The notes beneath the pieces were generated by a model. The model had not been told where the DNA came from. It saw only the letters and a program-made list of their open reading frames with translations, and made no database searches. A stretch of 64,000 nt of DNA, taken from positions 218,299 to 282,298 of the forward strand of contig CAWIYR010000003.1 of NCBI GenBank assembly GCA_963840375.1, read 5' to 3'. Shown here in pieces: positions 20,163-30,778 of the stretch (the first letter of the stretch is position 1; each line of letters opens with the position of its first letter). This DNA is from an uncultured Chloroflexia bacterium. GTDB taxonomy: Bacteria; Chloroflexota; Limnocylindria; Limnocylindrales; CSP1-4. A program made the translations under genes and the position numbers.

Positions 20163-21891
20163 TCAGCCCCCCTTCCCGGTCCCCTGCCAGTCCTTGAGGA
20201 TCTGGCCGGCGGCGAGCTTGCCCGGCGCTCCCACCACGCAGCCGCCCGGGTGGGTGCCCGAGCCGCACTGGTAGTAGCCGTCGATCGGGGTCCGGTATTG
20301 CGACCAGCCGGGGGCCGGACGGAACATGAACATCTGCGGGGCGAGCAGCTCGCCGTGGAAGATGTTGCCCTCCGACAGGCCGGCGACGCGCTCGATGTCG
20401 AGCGGGGTGACGACCTCCCGCTGGAGGACGAGGTCGCCGAAGCCCGGGAAGAACGACTCGAGGGTCCGCTGGACCGTGTCACCCAGGTTCTGCCGCTCGG
20501 CCTCCCAGTCGCTCTCGCGCAGCTTGTAGGGCGTGTACTGGACGAAGCAGCTCATGACCGCCTTGCCGGCCGGGGCCATGTCCGGGTCGACCATCGACTG
20601 GATCGCGCAGTCGAGGTACGGCCGGTCCGAGTACCAGCCGTACTTCGCCGCGTCGAAGGCGCGCTCGAGGTACTCGAGCGACGGGCCGATGTTCGTGAAG
20701 CCACGGTACTGGTCGGTCCGGTCCCCGAGGGCCGGGTAGCGCGGCACGCCGTCGAGGGCGAAGTTCACCTTGGACGACGTCCCCTGGAAGCGGTACCGCT
20801 CGATCGTCTCGACGAGGTCGGCCGGCAGCTCGCGCGGCTCGACGAGCTCGAGGAACGTCCGCCGCGGGTCGAGCGCCGAGACCACCACCTTGGCCCGATA
20901 CTCGCGGCCGTCGGCGAGGACCACGCCGGTCGCCCGGCCCCCCTTCGTGATCACGTGGTCGACCGGCGACTCAAGGGCGATCTCCGCCCCGAACGAGCGG
21001 GCGGCCCGGGCCAGCACCTGGGTGAACCCGCCGTTGCCGCCCTTGTGGAACGACCACGCCCCGAACTCTCCGTCGTGCTCGCCGAGGAGGTGGTAGAGGA
21101 GGACCAGCCCGGACCCCTGCGAGTACGGCCCCACCTTCGTGCCGATGATGCTCGACGAGGCCATATAGCCCTTGAGGATGTCCGACTCGAAGTAGTCGTC
21201 GAGGAAGTCGGCAGCCGACCCGGTCAGCAGCCGGACCGCATCGTGGAGGACCTTCTTGTCGAGGCTGCGGAACCGCTGGCCGAGGGCGGCCAGCGCCAGC
21301 CACTCCTCGGGATCGTCGCTGAAGATGTCGGGCGGGACCTGGTCCATGAGCGGCTTGAAGACCTGGAGGACCTTCGTGATGTCGTGGTTGAAGGCGTCGT
21401 AGGCGTCGGCGTCATGCCGGCTGTGCCGGGCGATCTCCCGGTGGTTCTCGCCGTGGTCCTGGCCAAGGAGCAGGTAGTCGCCGTCCTCCATCGGGCAGAA
21501 CGTCGTCGGCATGAGGATCGGCATGAAGCCGTGCTTCGTGAGCTCCAGGTCCTGGACGATGTCCGGCCGGAGCAGGCTCAGGGCGTACGAGAACGTGGTG
21601 AACCAGTAGCCCGGCCGGAGCTCCTCCGTGATCGCGGCCCCGCCGACCAGGTGGCGACGTTCGAGGATGAGGGTCTTCAGGCCCGCCTTCGCGAGGTAGG
21701 CGCCGTTCGTCAGCCCGTTGTGACCGCCCCCGATCACGATCGCGTCGTACTCGCGATCCGCCGGACCGACGACCGGACGACCGCCGGCGCCGGCGGCGGG
21801 TCGTCCGGTCGGAACCCGTCTTCGAGCCGTGGGTCGCGGTCTTCGTCTTCGGCCGGGTCCGCTTCGGGGCGTCCGTCTTCGTCTTCGGCAT
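20163..21891 (-). CDS. FAD-dependent oxidoreductase of the phytoene desaturase (CrtI/amine-oxidase-like) family; frameshift near 21780-21800
   Basis: ATG at 21891 with GGAGGA 9 nt upstream, directly after the upstream gene's stop (TGAcATG). The Lys-rich N-terminus (MPKTKTDAPKRTRPK...) is in one frame and the dinucleotide-binding motif (EYDAIVIGGGHNGL) plus the rest in another. Confidence 0.75.
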
Positions 21892-21892
21892 G

Positions 21893-23092
21893 TCAGGCGG
21901 TCCTCCGCTCGGGGTTGAAGAGGGGGGTCCGGGTCACGACGGCATCGAAGTACTCGTAGCGGTGAGCGACCGCCAGCTCCAGCTTCACCCGCGAACCCGG
22001 TGCGGACCGGTCGAGCGGGACCCGGGCCAGCGCGATGTGGCGCTGGAGTATCGGCGAGTACATCTGGCTCGTGGCATAGCCGAGCTGGTTGAGCTCGTCG
22101 TCGTAGATGTAGTACTCGTCCTGGACGGGGGTGTGGTCCATCGGCGGGATGAGTCCGGCGGCGTCCCAGATCCGGCCGTACTCGCGCCAGTCGAGAACGA
22201 GCCCGGTCAGCTTCCAGCGTGAGGTCCTGCCGGCCAGCTCGCGACGGATCGCGTCGCGACCGATGAACGCCCGATCGTCGGTCGCGACGTCGCGGAGCAT
22301 CCAGCCGAGGCCGAGCTCGACCGGGGTCGACCGGTCGGCGTCGGTCCAGGCGAAGCGGCTCGAGTGGAAGTCGACATCGAGGAGGAGGAGGCCGGCCTCG
22401 ATCCGGGCCATGTAGAGCGCGGTCATCCCGATCGGCACGATCCCCTGGCCGCGACTCGCCGCCCAGATCGCGTCCCACACGGCGATGGCGTCCTCGGAGC
22501 GGACCCAGACCTCGTACCCGAGATCGCCCGTGAACCCGGTCCGCGAGACGTGGACCGGGACGCCCGCGATCGCGGTCGTCACGAGCCCGAAATACGGGAG
22601 CGCGACGACCTCCGGACTCAGCGTCGCCAGCAACGGCCGCGAGCGCGGACCCTGGACCGCCAGGACCGCCCAGTCGTCCGAGACGTCCTTGACCGCCACG
22701 TCGAGCCGGCCGATCAGCCCCTGGAAGTAGGCGAGGTTCGGCTCGGCGGCGGTGAGCACGAACTCGTCCGGCCCGTGGCGCAGGATGACGCCGTCCTCGA
22801 TGACGAACCCGCGGTCGTCGCACCAGGCCGTGTACTGGGCCTGGCCGGGCCGGCAGGTCCGGATGTCCCGGGCCAGCACCCCGGCCAGGTAGCGCTCCGC
22901 GTCGGGGCCGTGGATCCGATACTTGTAGAGCGGCGACGAGTCGAACAGCCCGGCGCTGTTCCGGATCGCGAAGTACTCCGCCTTCTCGGACAGCTGGTAC
23001 TTCGTGGCCGTCAGGCAGCCCGACCAGTGCTCCCACAGGCCGGTCTCGTTCAGGGGGCCGATCCGCTCGTGGAACGGCGTCGTCCGGATCAT
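21893..23092 (-). CDS. Aminomethyltransferase family protein (GcvT/DmdA-like, folate-binding)
   Basis: MIRTTPFHERIGPLNETGLWEHWSG...SPLYKYRIHGPDAERYLAGVLARD... is a GcvT-like fold; GGAGAGG 8 nt before the ATG at 23092. Confidence 0.8.
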   Translation of the reverse strand: MIRTTPFHERIGPLNETGLWEHWSGCLTATKYQLSEKAEYFAIRNSAGLFDSSPLYKYRIHGPDAERYLAGVLARDIRTCRPGQAQYTAWCDDRGFVIEDGVILRHGPDEFVLTAAEPNLAYFQGLIGRLDVAVKDVSDDWAVLAVQGPRSRPLLATLSPEVVALPYFGLVTTAIAGVPVHVSRTGFTGDLGYEVWVRSEDAIAVWDAIWAASRGQGIVPIGMTALYMARIEAGLLLLDVDFHSSRFAWTDADRSTPVELGLGWMLRDVATDDRAFIGRDAIRRELAGRTSRWKLTGLVLDWREYGRIWDAAGLIPPMDHTPVQDEYYIYDDELNQLGYATSQMYSPILQRHIALARVPLDRSAPGSRVKLELAVAHRYEYFDAVVTRTPLFNPERRTA

Positions 23093-23269
23093 GAAGGGCG
23101 CCTCTCCTACTCGCCGCGGCACGGTCCATCGCGACGCCGACCGCCGCAGTCCCGCGGGCGACCCGGCCGGGTTCGCCTCGTGGCCGGGAACGGTACGAGG
23201 TCGGCGCGGTCGCGCGGGCCGGCGTTCGGGCTGGTGGGACAGGTCCCGCCGGCTCCTCGCGCTCCGGTC

Positions 23270-24452
23270 TCAGCCCCGGCCGACGGCCTCCAGCGCCGAC
23301 GCGAAGCTCCGCAGGCCGGTCTCCACCATCGCATCCGAGGCGGTCAGGCTGATCCGAAGCCAGCCGGGCAGCTCGACGACGCTGCCGGGCAGGACCAGGG
23401 CGCCGTGCTCGGCGAGCAGCTCCGTGAACGCCAGGTCGTCGGCGATCGGCGAGCGGGCCATGACGTAGAAGGTGCCCTCCGGAAGGTTCGTGTCGTAGCC
23501 CATCGCCCGGAGCGCCGGGACCAGCCGGTCGCGCCGACGCTCGAGCGCACCGACGTCGACCGAGAGGGCCTCGAGATCGTCGATGGCGTGCTGGAGGAGC
23601 GCGTTCGGGAACGCGTAGCCGGTCGCGACCTGGGAGACGAAGATCGCCTGGCGGAGGGTCTCGCGGTCGGGCATCGTCGGCGGCACCGTCACGTAGCCGA
23701 TGCGCATCCCCGGCGCGAGCAGCGTCTTGCCGTACGAGTAGGTGACGATCGTGTTCGGGTAGACCTCCGCGGGGCTGTGGAAGGTCCGCCCGTCGAAGAC
23801 GATCCGGTTGTACGGCTCGTCGCAGACCAGGAGGATCGGCCGGTCCCGTCCCGCCGAGGCGCGCTCGAGCATCGCCCCGAGCGCCTCGAGCGATCTCGAG
23901 CGGATAGATCCGCCCGGTCGGGTTGTGCGGGGTGTTGATGAGGACGGCCCGGGTCCGTGGCGTGATCGCCGCCTCGATCGCGGCCGGGTCGAGGTCGAAG
24001 GCCGGCGGCTCCAGGCGGACCGGGATCGGGACGCCGTCCGCGGCGACGACGAGCAGCTCGTAGAAGAACCACGGCGGCGACAGGTAGACCACCTCGTCGC
24101 CCGGCTCGAGGATCGCCCGCATCGTCACGGCGAGGGCCGCGAAGCCGCCGTTCGTCATCGCCACGTCGGCGGGATCCCAGGGCAGGCCGGTCCGCGCCGT
24201 GAGGGTCCGGGCGACGGCCGCCCGGGCGTTCGGCTCGCTCATCTTGTAGGCGAACCAGTCCGGGTCCTGTGGCTCGAGATGGCGCCGGAGGGCGTCGACA
24301 TAGCCCGGCAGCGGCATCTCGTGGGGATTGCCGACCGCGAAGTCGGCCAGCCCGGGCCGGCCCGCCCAGCGGGCGTACACGCCGTCGAAGAACGTGAGGA
24401 AGGGAACGACGGTCGCGGCATATCGATCGAGCCGGCGCAGCGTGGTCGCCAT
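23270..24452 (-). CDS. Pyridoxal-phosphate-dependent aminotransferase (class I/II); frameshift near 23880
   Basis: The N-terminal part (MATTLRRLDRYAATVVPFLTFF...NGGFAALAVTMRAIL...LINTPHNPTGRIYP) is in one frame and the C-terminal part (...ILLVCDEPYNRIVFDG...VTYSYGKTLLAPGMRIGYV...) in another; GAGGAGG 8 nt before the ATG at 24452. Confidence 0.7.
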
Positions 24453-24584
24453 GGGACGCACCTCCTCGGCGGAGGATACCCCGCGGCCGACGCCGGGCAT
24501 GTCCGCCCCACGGCGGCCGTGCGGCCGGGCGGCACTGAGGACGAGCGATGCGGCAAGTCCGAGGTGGCCCAAGACGAACGGGCC

Positions 24585-25076
24585 ATGGCAGGGACACCCG
24601 ACGACGCGGACGATCAGGGCGTGACCACCACCGCGACAGGGACGGTACGGGGCAAGACCGGGACGAAACGTGTCGTCCTCATCGCGATCGTCGTCCTCAT
24701 CGTGGTCCTGGTCGTCCCGCCGCCGTGGTTCGCATCCGGGCAGCCGGTCGGCTGGGTCGGGGCCCGGGACGCCCTCGGGGGCGAGCTCGGCCCGATGACG
24801 ACCCGCGTCGAGGTCGGGGTCTACGCGCCGCCCGAGTCGGACCCGGCCTACGCGGAGTTCGATCCCGGCGCCCCCTCCTGGCTGGGGACACCGACGGTCA
24901 TCTACACCCCCTGGTCGGTGATCGTCACCTTGCACACGAGCGCCGCCTTCGACACCACGAAGCCGCGCGGCTGGAGCTTCGAACCGACGTACGTCCCGGT
25001 CCAGCTGGTCCAACCGCTCCTGGGTCGCACGCTGGTCGACGGCTCGGGTGGCGCGATCCCAGGTCCGGTGCGATAG
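24585..25076 (+). CDS. Hypothetical membrane-anchored protein (single N-terminal TM: KRVVLIAIVVLIVVLVVPP)
   Basis: High GC3 coding-like ORF, divergent from the aminotransferase gene, 163 aa. Confidence 0.5.
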   Translation: MAGTPDDADDQGVTTTATGTVRGKTGTKRVVLIAIVVLIVVLVVPPPWFASGQPVGWVGARDALGGELGPMTTRVEVGVYAPPESDPAYAEFDPGAPSWLGTPTVIYTPWSVIVTLHTSAAFDTTKPRGWSFEPTYVPVQLVQPLLGRTLVDGSGGAIPGPVR

Positions 25077-25137
25077 CCATCCGACCCGACGCACCTGAGG
25101 TGCGACGCCGGTCTCCGCCGGCCGGTCCCGCGGCACG

Positions 25138-26076
25138 GTGGAGCCAAGGAGGGCTCGAGTCCCCTTCGGTCCCCGACGCTATCCTTGGGGGGTGACCATC
25201 TACCGCCTCGACGAGACACCCGGACTGACCGCTCCGGTGCTCGTCGCCGCCCTCGACGGTTGGGTGGATGCCGGGACGGCCGCGACCACCGCCGCCGAAC
25301 GGCTGGCCGAGGGCGGGAGCGTGATCGCCACTTTCGACGGGGACCTCCTGTTCGACTACCGGGCCCGCCGGCCGACCCTGGAGATCATCGACGGCCGGCT
25401 GGCCGAGCTGACCTGGCCGGCGGTCCGCCTCCAGCGGGCCCGGATCGCGGAGCGCGACCTGCTGATCCTCAGCGGCGCCGAGCCGGACTTCCGGTGGACC
25501 GCCTTCTCGGGAGCGGTCATCGAGCTCGCCAGGCAGCTGGGCGTGACCCAGTCGATCAGCCTCGGGGCGATCCCGGCCGCCGTGCCGCACACGCGGGCCG
25601 TGCCGATCATCGGGACGGCCTCCGAGCCCGGGCTCCTGCATGGCTCCGTCCAGCCGGGCCCGACCGGTCACCTGCGGGTCCCGGCGGCGGCGATCTCGGT
25701 GCTGGAGATGGCCCTGGCCGAGGCGGGGATCCCGACCGTCGGGTACTTCGCCCAGGTCCCCCACTACGTCTCGGGTCCCTATCCCGTCGCCGCGCTCGCC
25801 CTCATCCAGGCGCTCGAGCGCCATCTCGGGGTGGAGATCCCGTCCCTCCAGCTGACCGAGGAGGCCAGCCAGATGCGGGCGAACCTCGACGCGGCGGCCG
25901 CGGCCGACACCTCCACGAAGGCCTACATCGAACGACTCGAGGCGATGGTCGACGAGCAGCGCCAACCCGCCGGTGACGAGCTCATCTCGGAGATCGAGCG
26001 CTTCCTGCGGGCCCGCGGGAGCGGTGGCCCTGGGGGTCCCGGCCCATCGGGCGAGGGCGGCGGCCTCCCGAACTGA
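25138..26076 (+). CDS. PAC2 (proteasome assembly chaperone 2-like) family protein
   Basis: PVLVAALDGWVDAG...LLILSGAEPDFRW...LGAIPAAVPHTRAVPIIGTAS is a PAC2-family pattern. GTG starts at 25138 or 25192, with AAGGAGG at 25147. Confidence 0.65.
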   Translation: MEPRRARVPFGPRRYPWGVTIYRLDETPGLTAPVLVAALDGWVDAGTAATTAAERLAEGGSVIATFDGDLLFDYRARRPTLEIIDGRLAELTWPAVRLQRARIAERDLLILSGAEPDFRWTAFSGAVIELARQLGVTQSISLGAIPAAVPHTRAVPIIGTASEPGLLHGSVQPGPTGHLRVPAAAISVLEMALAEAGIPTVGYFAQVPHYVSGPYPVAALALIQALERHLGVEIPSLQLTEEASQMRANLDAAAAADTSTKAYIERLEAMVDEQRQPAGDELISEIERFLRARGSGGPGGPGPSGEGGGLPN

Positions 26077-26096
26077 GGCCGGATCGGAGGCAGACC

Positions 26097-26999
26097 ATGA
26101 AGATCGGAGTCATCGCCCCGCAGGGCTGGCAGGGCGAGTACGACGGCTGGGATCCCTCCCGGGCGTGGCACCGGACGGCCACGGTCGCCCGGCAGGCTGA
26201 GCGGCTCGGCTTCGAGTCGGTCTGGCTGTTCGACCACTTCCACACGATCCCCGAGCCGACCGACGAGATCACCTTCGAGTCGTTCACCTCGCTCTCGGCC
26301 CTGGCGGCGCTGACCAGCCGGATCCGGCTCGGCCACATCGTCATCTGCACCGCGTTCCGCAACCCGGCCCTGACCGCGAAGATGATCTCGACGATGGACG
26401 CGATCAGCGGCGGCCGGATGGAGCTGGGGATCGGCGCCGGCTGGAAGCGCGACGAATGGCAGGCCTACGGCTACGGCTTCCCGCCTACCCGCGAACGTCT
26501 CGAGCGACTCGACGACGACCTCGAGATCATCACCCGGATGCTGGAGGGTGACCGCCACGTCCACGCCACCTACGAGGGCGACCACTCCCAGGTCCACGAC
26601 GCGGTCAACGTCCCGAAGCCGGTCCAGCGACCGCGGGTCCCGATCATGGTCGGCGGCAACGGGCCGAACGTGACCTGGCGGCTGGCCGCCCGGTTCGCGG
26701 ACGAGCTGAACCTCGACGGGATGCAGCCGGACGAAGTCGCCTCCTCGCTCGCGATCATCCGCGAGCGCTGCGAGGAGATCGGTCGCGACCCGGCCAGCCT
26801 GCCGGTATCGCTCCACATCTGGTCGGAGCACTCGGCGGTCGCCGGCCCGGCCCGGGTCGCCCGCCTGGCCGCGTACCGGGAGCTGGGGCTCAGCCGGGTG
26901 ATGACCCTGGTCCGGGCGTCCGCGACGAGCGACCACGCCCTGGAGTCGCTCGCCGACGATGCCCGGGCCGCCGGACTCGAGCTGGCTCCGGCCGGCTGA
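26097..26999 (+). CDS. Luciferase-like monooxygenase (LLM class), probable F420-dependent oxidoreductase
   Basis: ...FESVWLFDHFHTIP...RIRLGHIVICTAFRNPAL...GGRMELGIGAGW... is LLM family. Confidence 0.8.
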   Translation: MKIGVIAPQGWQGEYDGWDPSRAWHRTATVARQAERLGFESVWLFDHFHTIPEPTDEITFESFTSLSALAALTSRIRLGHIVICTAFRNPALTAKMISTMDAISGGRMELGIGAGWKRDEWQAYGYGFPPTRERLERLDDDLEIITRMLEGDRHVHATYEGDHSQVHDAVNVPKPVQRPRVPIMVGGNGPNVTWRLAARFADELNLDGMQPDEVASSLAIIRERCEEIGRDPASLPVSLHIWSEHSAVAGPARVARLAAYRELGLSRVMTLVRASATSDHALESLADDARAAGLELAPAG

Positions 27000-27000
27000 G

Positions 27001-27726
27001 ATGAGCGAGGGAGTCGTCGCGGCCCCGGCCCGCCACCTCCGCCTGCCCGGCACCCGCAACCTCCGGGATGTCGGTGGCTACCCGGCGGGACCGGGACGCC
27101 GGACGCGATGGCGGACCCTGCTCCGGACCGACGCCCTCGACCGCCTCCCGGCCGCGTCGCAGGAACGCCTCCTCGAGACCGGGGTGCGCTGCGTCATCGA
27201 CCTGCGCTGGCCGCACGAGCTGAGCGAGACGCCGAGCGTCTTCGAGCGGTCCGACCGCGTCGCCTACCGGAGCATCCCGCTCCTGGAGGACGACCCGACC
27301 CCCCACCTCGGGCTGGCCGGGATGTACCGCCACATCCTCGACGAACGGACCGATCAGCTCGTCGAGATCGTCCGCGTGGTTCTCGCGCCCGGCGGTCTCC
27401 CGGCGGTCATCGGCTGCGCGGCCGGCAAGGATCGGACCGGGGTCGCGGTCGCCCTGCTGCTCTCGGCGGTGGGAGTCCCGGCCGATGTCGTGGTCGACGA
27501 TTACACGCTGTCCGGGGCCGCCTTCGCCGACGGGGACGAGGACGAGCATCTCGACGACTGGCGCCTCCGGCCGCTCTGGGTGGAGTGCCCGCCGGAGTAC
27601 ATGCAGGCGATGCTCGAGCACCTCGAACATCGCCACGGCGGCGCCGCCTCGCTCCTGCTCGGTCATGGGATCCCGCCGGGCGAGCTCGCGCGGCTGGTCG
27701 AGCTCCTGACCGAGCCGGTCGACTGA
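27001..27726 (+). CDS. Protein-tyrosine phosphatase-like protein (CX5R P-loop)
   Basis: VIGCAAGKDRTG active-site motif; the ATG at 27001 abuts the previous stop. Confidence 0.75.
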   Translation: MSEGVVAAPARHLRLPGTRNLRDVGGYPAGPGRRTRWRTLLRTDALDRLPAASQERLLETGVRCVIDLRWPHELSETPSVFERSDRVAYRSIPLLEDDPTPHLGLAGMYRHILDERTDQLVEIVRVVLAPGGLPAVIGCAAGKDRTGVAVALLLSAVGVPADVVVDDYTLSGAAFADGDEDEHLDDWRLRPLWVECPPEYMQAMLEHLEHRHGGAASLLLGHGIPPGELARLVELLTEPVD

Positions 27727-27992
27727 GGGTGCGAATGGACCGCCGCTGAGGCAGGATTGCCGGCTCCGCCGCCGCCCGGCATCCCGCCGGGGGGTCGACG
27801 CGCCGCCGGTCGAAGGTCTCGATGTCCGGCGGTCCGTTCGCTGAGCAGACCGTAGGCCCGCGACGGGTCGGCGCACACCCGCAGGACGTCCGGGTCGGGC
27901 CTGGACATTCGTCGCAGGGACGGACCCGTGGGACCCCGTCCGATGCGCAGATCTCATGACAAGAGCTGTCATCTATCGGCTATCCTCGGGCG

Positions 27993-28967
27993 ATGCGAGC
28001 CTCACGCCTGGTGACCCTCCTGCTCCTCCTCCAGACCCGCGGGCGGCTGACCGCCGCCGAGCTCGCCGGGGAGCTCGAGGTCTCGGTGCGGACGGTCCAC
28101 CGCGATGTCGAGGCGCTCAGCCAGGCGGGTGTCCCGATCTATGCCGAGCGCGGCCCCCACGGCGGGATCCGGCTGGTGGACGGCTATCGGACCCGGCTGA
28201 CCGGGATGACCCCGGACGAGGCGGAGGCCCTGTTCCTGTCGGGGATCCCGGGGCCGGCCGCCGAGCTCGGACTCGGAACGGTGGTGACCGCCGCCCGGCT
28301 CAAGGTGCTCGCCGCCCTGCCTCCGGAGCTCCGGACCCGCGCATCGCGCCTGGTCGAGCGCTTCCACCTCGACGCATCCGGCTGGTTCCAGGCCGGCGAG
28401 CCGGTGCCTCACCTCGGTGTCCTCTCGGGAGCGGTCTGGGAGACACGTCGGGTCGAGATCGACTATGAACGCGGGGATCGTCGGGTCAGCCGCGTCCTCG
28501 AGCCGCTCGGGCTCGTCCTGAAGGCCGGCGTCTGGTACCTCGTCGCCGCCACCGACGGGCAGGTCCGGACCTACCGCGTCTCGCGGGTCTCCGCCGCCCG
28601 GCCGCTCCCCGACCGCTTCGTCCGACCGGCCCCGTTCGACCTCGCAGCGTTCTGGACCGAGGCGAGCGCCGCCTACGAGCGGGAGGCGTCACGGGTCGAG
28701 GTCACCGTCCGGGTCCGGCCCGACCGGATCGGTGCGCTTCGCCAGGCGGTCGGCGACCGGGCGGTCGACGGCGCGGCGACCCTGGACGAGCCCGACGCGG
28801 AGGGATGGACCCGTCTCCGGCTCACGATGGACTGGCCCGACGAGGTGCCCGGCCGCCTGCTCGGGATGGGCCGCGACCTCGAGGTGCTGGCACCGGCCGA
28901 GATCCGCCGGGGCCTGATCGAGACGGCCCGCGCCACGCTCGAGCGCTACGACGATGGAGCCGCCTGA
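27993..28967 (+). CDS. WYL-domain transcriptional regulator (N-terminal HTH, YafY-like)
   Basis: N-terminal HTH (LTAAELAGELEVSVRTVHRDVEAL), a WYL-type middle domain (VWYLVAATDGQVRTYRVSRV) and a C-terminal WCX-like part. Confidence 0.8.
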   Translation: MRASRLVTLLLLLQTRGRLTAAELAGELEVSVRTVHRDVEALSQAGVPIYAERGPHGGIRLVDGYRTRLTGMTPDEAEALFLSGIPGPAAELGLGTVVTAARLKVLAALPPELRTRASRLVERFHLDASGWFQAGEPVPHLGVLSGAVWETRRVEIDYERGDRRVSRVLEPLGLVLKAGVWYLVAATDGQVRTYRVSRVSAARPLPDRFVRPAPFDLAAFWTEASAAYEREASRVEVTVRVRPDRIGALRQAVGDRAVDGAATLDEPDAEGWTRLRLTMDWPDEVPGRLLGMGRDLEVLAPAEIRRGLIETARATLERYDDGAA

Positions 28968-29003
28968 CCGCGTCGGTCGCACGGCGGCTCCATCGGTCGG
29001 TCG

Positions 29004-29189
29004 TCAGCGGGCGTCGCCGCTGATCGCCGGTCGCAGCGGGTGGGTGATCCGGGTCGGTCGCTCCGTTGGCACGAAGGTGTCCTCCGAACCGGGTGCGAGG
29101 GCATCCCGGACCGCCCGGGCCCGCCGGTCGCGGGCCATCTCTCGTTCCCGGTCCAGGTGGATGAGTCGGGCAAGTTCCAGGTCATGCAT
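29004..29189 (-). CDS. Small hypothetical protein (61 aa), possible last gene of the DUF2089-DUF4097 operon
   Basis: GAGGAG 9 nt upstream of the ATG; charged, helical-looking sequence with no recognisable family. Confidence 0.3.
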   Translation of the reverse strand: MHDLELARLIHLDREREMARDRRARAVRDALAPGSEDTFVPTERPTRITHPLRPAISGDAR

Positions 29190-29337
29190 CGGGACGGCTC
29201 CTCGGTCCTGACGATCGGCGCGATCGCCTGCTGCTGATGACCGGACGATACCGGAGGAACATGCCAGTTCCTGTCAACATCGGTCGCGGTCGTCGATGCG
29301 GGACGGGGCACGCCCTGGAGCGCGACGGTCCGGTGCG

Positions 29338-29712
29338 CTACTCGACGACGATCCGGACGCCGTCGCCGTCGTCCCCGATCGCCTCGAAGACGGGCCCCCG
29401 GGTCCCGTGGGCGACGGCCGTCCGGATCCGGTCCATGGCCTGGCGGGTCAGACCCGGGATCTCCCCGAGGCCGAGCTCGCCGAGCGAGGCCGGCACCCGC
29501 AGGCGGACCCGCACCACGCCCCCCTCGGTCACCTCCAGGCGGAGGGAGCGGCCCGCGGTCGCCGGCCCCGCCGACGCGCCGGACGGGACCCGCTCGGTGA
29601 CCCCCTCCGAGCCCGCGTCGTCGTCGAGGGCGGCGAGGATCGGACCGGCCTCTTCGGCGGTCAGACGGCCCTCGGCGACCAGCCGGAGGACCCGGTCGAG
29701 GGCATCAGTCAT
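29338..29712 (-). CDS. Small protein with SHOCT-like N-terminus (LRLVAEGRLTAEEAGPILAAL), partner of the DUF4097 protein
   Basis: ATG at 29712; 8-bp ATGACTGA overlap with the upstream DUF4097 gene. Confidence 0.5.
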   Translation of the reverse strand: MTDALDRVLRLVAEGRLTAEEAGPILAALDDDAGSEGVTERVPSGASAGPATAGRSLRLEVTEGGVVRVRLRVPASLGELGLGEIPGLTRQAMDRIRTAVAHGTRGPVFEAIGDDGDGVRIVVE

Positions 29713-30778
29713 CGCCGGGCATCCCTTCGTCGATCTCGGCGAGCCGGCGACCGGCCTCGTCCACGTCGATCCGGCCCGCCTCCAGCTCGCGCAGGATGGC
29801 AAGACGGTCGACATCCGCCGATCGCGGGTCACCATCGACGGGTGGCACGGCCGACGCGGTGGCCTCCGACAGGGCCGGGATCGGTTCGGTCTTCGTCGCG
29901 AGCGGAGCCTCGGTCGCGGCCGGTGCCGCGGTCATGTCGGGCGCTGCCGGGCGCGCCGGCGGCGGGGCGGATGATGGCGCCGCCGGAGGGGCGCTGCCGA
30001 CCCGCGGGCCGACGACGGTCAGCCCGCCCGAGATCGACCGGAAGCCCAGCCGCGGCCCTCCCTCGCCGATCCGGATGGTGCGTCGGCCGGGTCCTCCATC
30101 CGAGCGATGGGGCAGGCTCGTCCGCAGGTCCCCGGAGACGGTCCGGCCCTCGACGACGATCGGCCCGGGCGAGACGATCGAGGTATCCCCGGAGATCGTC
30201 TCGATCCAGTGGTCGACATCCCCGGCGAAGGCGCCCTCGAGCCGCAGGTCGCCGCTGGTCGTCTTGACCCGGACCACCCCGAACTCGGGAGCCGTTGCCT
30301 CCAGGTCGGCCGACACGACGCGTGCCTCGAGGTCGAGCCTGGCGTTCGCCCGGACCGCGACATCGCCGGACACGCCGTCGATGACGACCCGGCCGGCCAC
30401 ACCGGTCAGGCGCAGGTCGCCGGAGACGGTGCGATAGCGCTGGTCGCCCTGGAGCCCGTCCCCATGGATCGAGCCGCTCGCGGTCTCGATCCGGAGGGTC
30501 GCTCCGCGCGGGACCTCCAGCTCGAGGTCCTGGGTCCGATCCGTCCGGAACCAGCGGAGACCGATGCCGCCGATCGCGACCGCCTCGACCCGGAGCTCGC
30601 CGGGGCCCCGGACGATCCGGTAGTCGTCGTCGAGGGGCCGCGACCCGGTGCCGCGAAGCCGGACGGTCGAGACGTCGCCGACCCGAAGATCGATCGACCC
30701 ATCGATGCCACGGACGGAGACGGAGCCGTGGGGCCCGATCTCGTGCTCGACCGACGGCGTGGTCTGGCTCAGTGTCAT
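29705..30778 (-). CDS. DUF4097 (putative adhesin-like beta-helix) domain protein with C-terminal SHOCT-like helix
   Basis: Repeated SGDL/SGDV/GSI strands (TVSGDLRLTGVAGRVVIDGVSGDVAVRA...) and a C-terminal ...LAILRELEAGRIDVDEAGRRLAEID. Confidence 0.75.
   Translation of the reverse strand: MTLSQTTPSVEHEIGPHGSVSVRGIDGSIDLRVGDVSTVRLRGTGSRPLDDDYRIVRGPGELRVEAVAIGGIGLRWFRTDRTQDLELEVPRGATLRIETASGSIHGDGLQGDQRYRTVSGDLRLTGVAGRVVIDGVSGDVAVRANARLDLEARVVSADLEATAPEFGVVRVKTTSGDLRLEGAFAGDVDHWIETISGDTSIVSPGPIVVEGRTVSGDLRTSLPHRSDGGPGRRTIRIGEGGPRLGFRSISGGLTVVGPRVGSAPPAAPSSAPPPARPAAPDMTAAPAATEAPLATKTEPIPALSEATASAVPPVDGDPRSADVDRLAILRELEAGRIDVDEAGRRLAEIDEGMPGDD

Noticed and set aside
20250-21959. 569-aa plus-strand ORF
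   Set aside because: Antisense to the CrtI-like oxidoreductase gene, which has the clear dinucleotide-binding motif and family-wide similarity.
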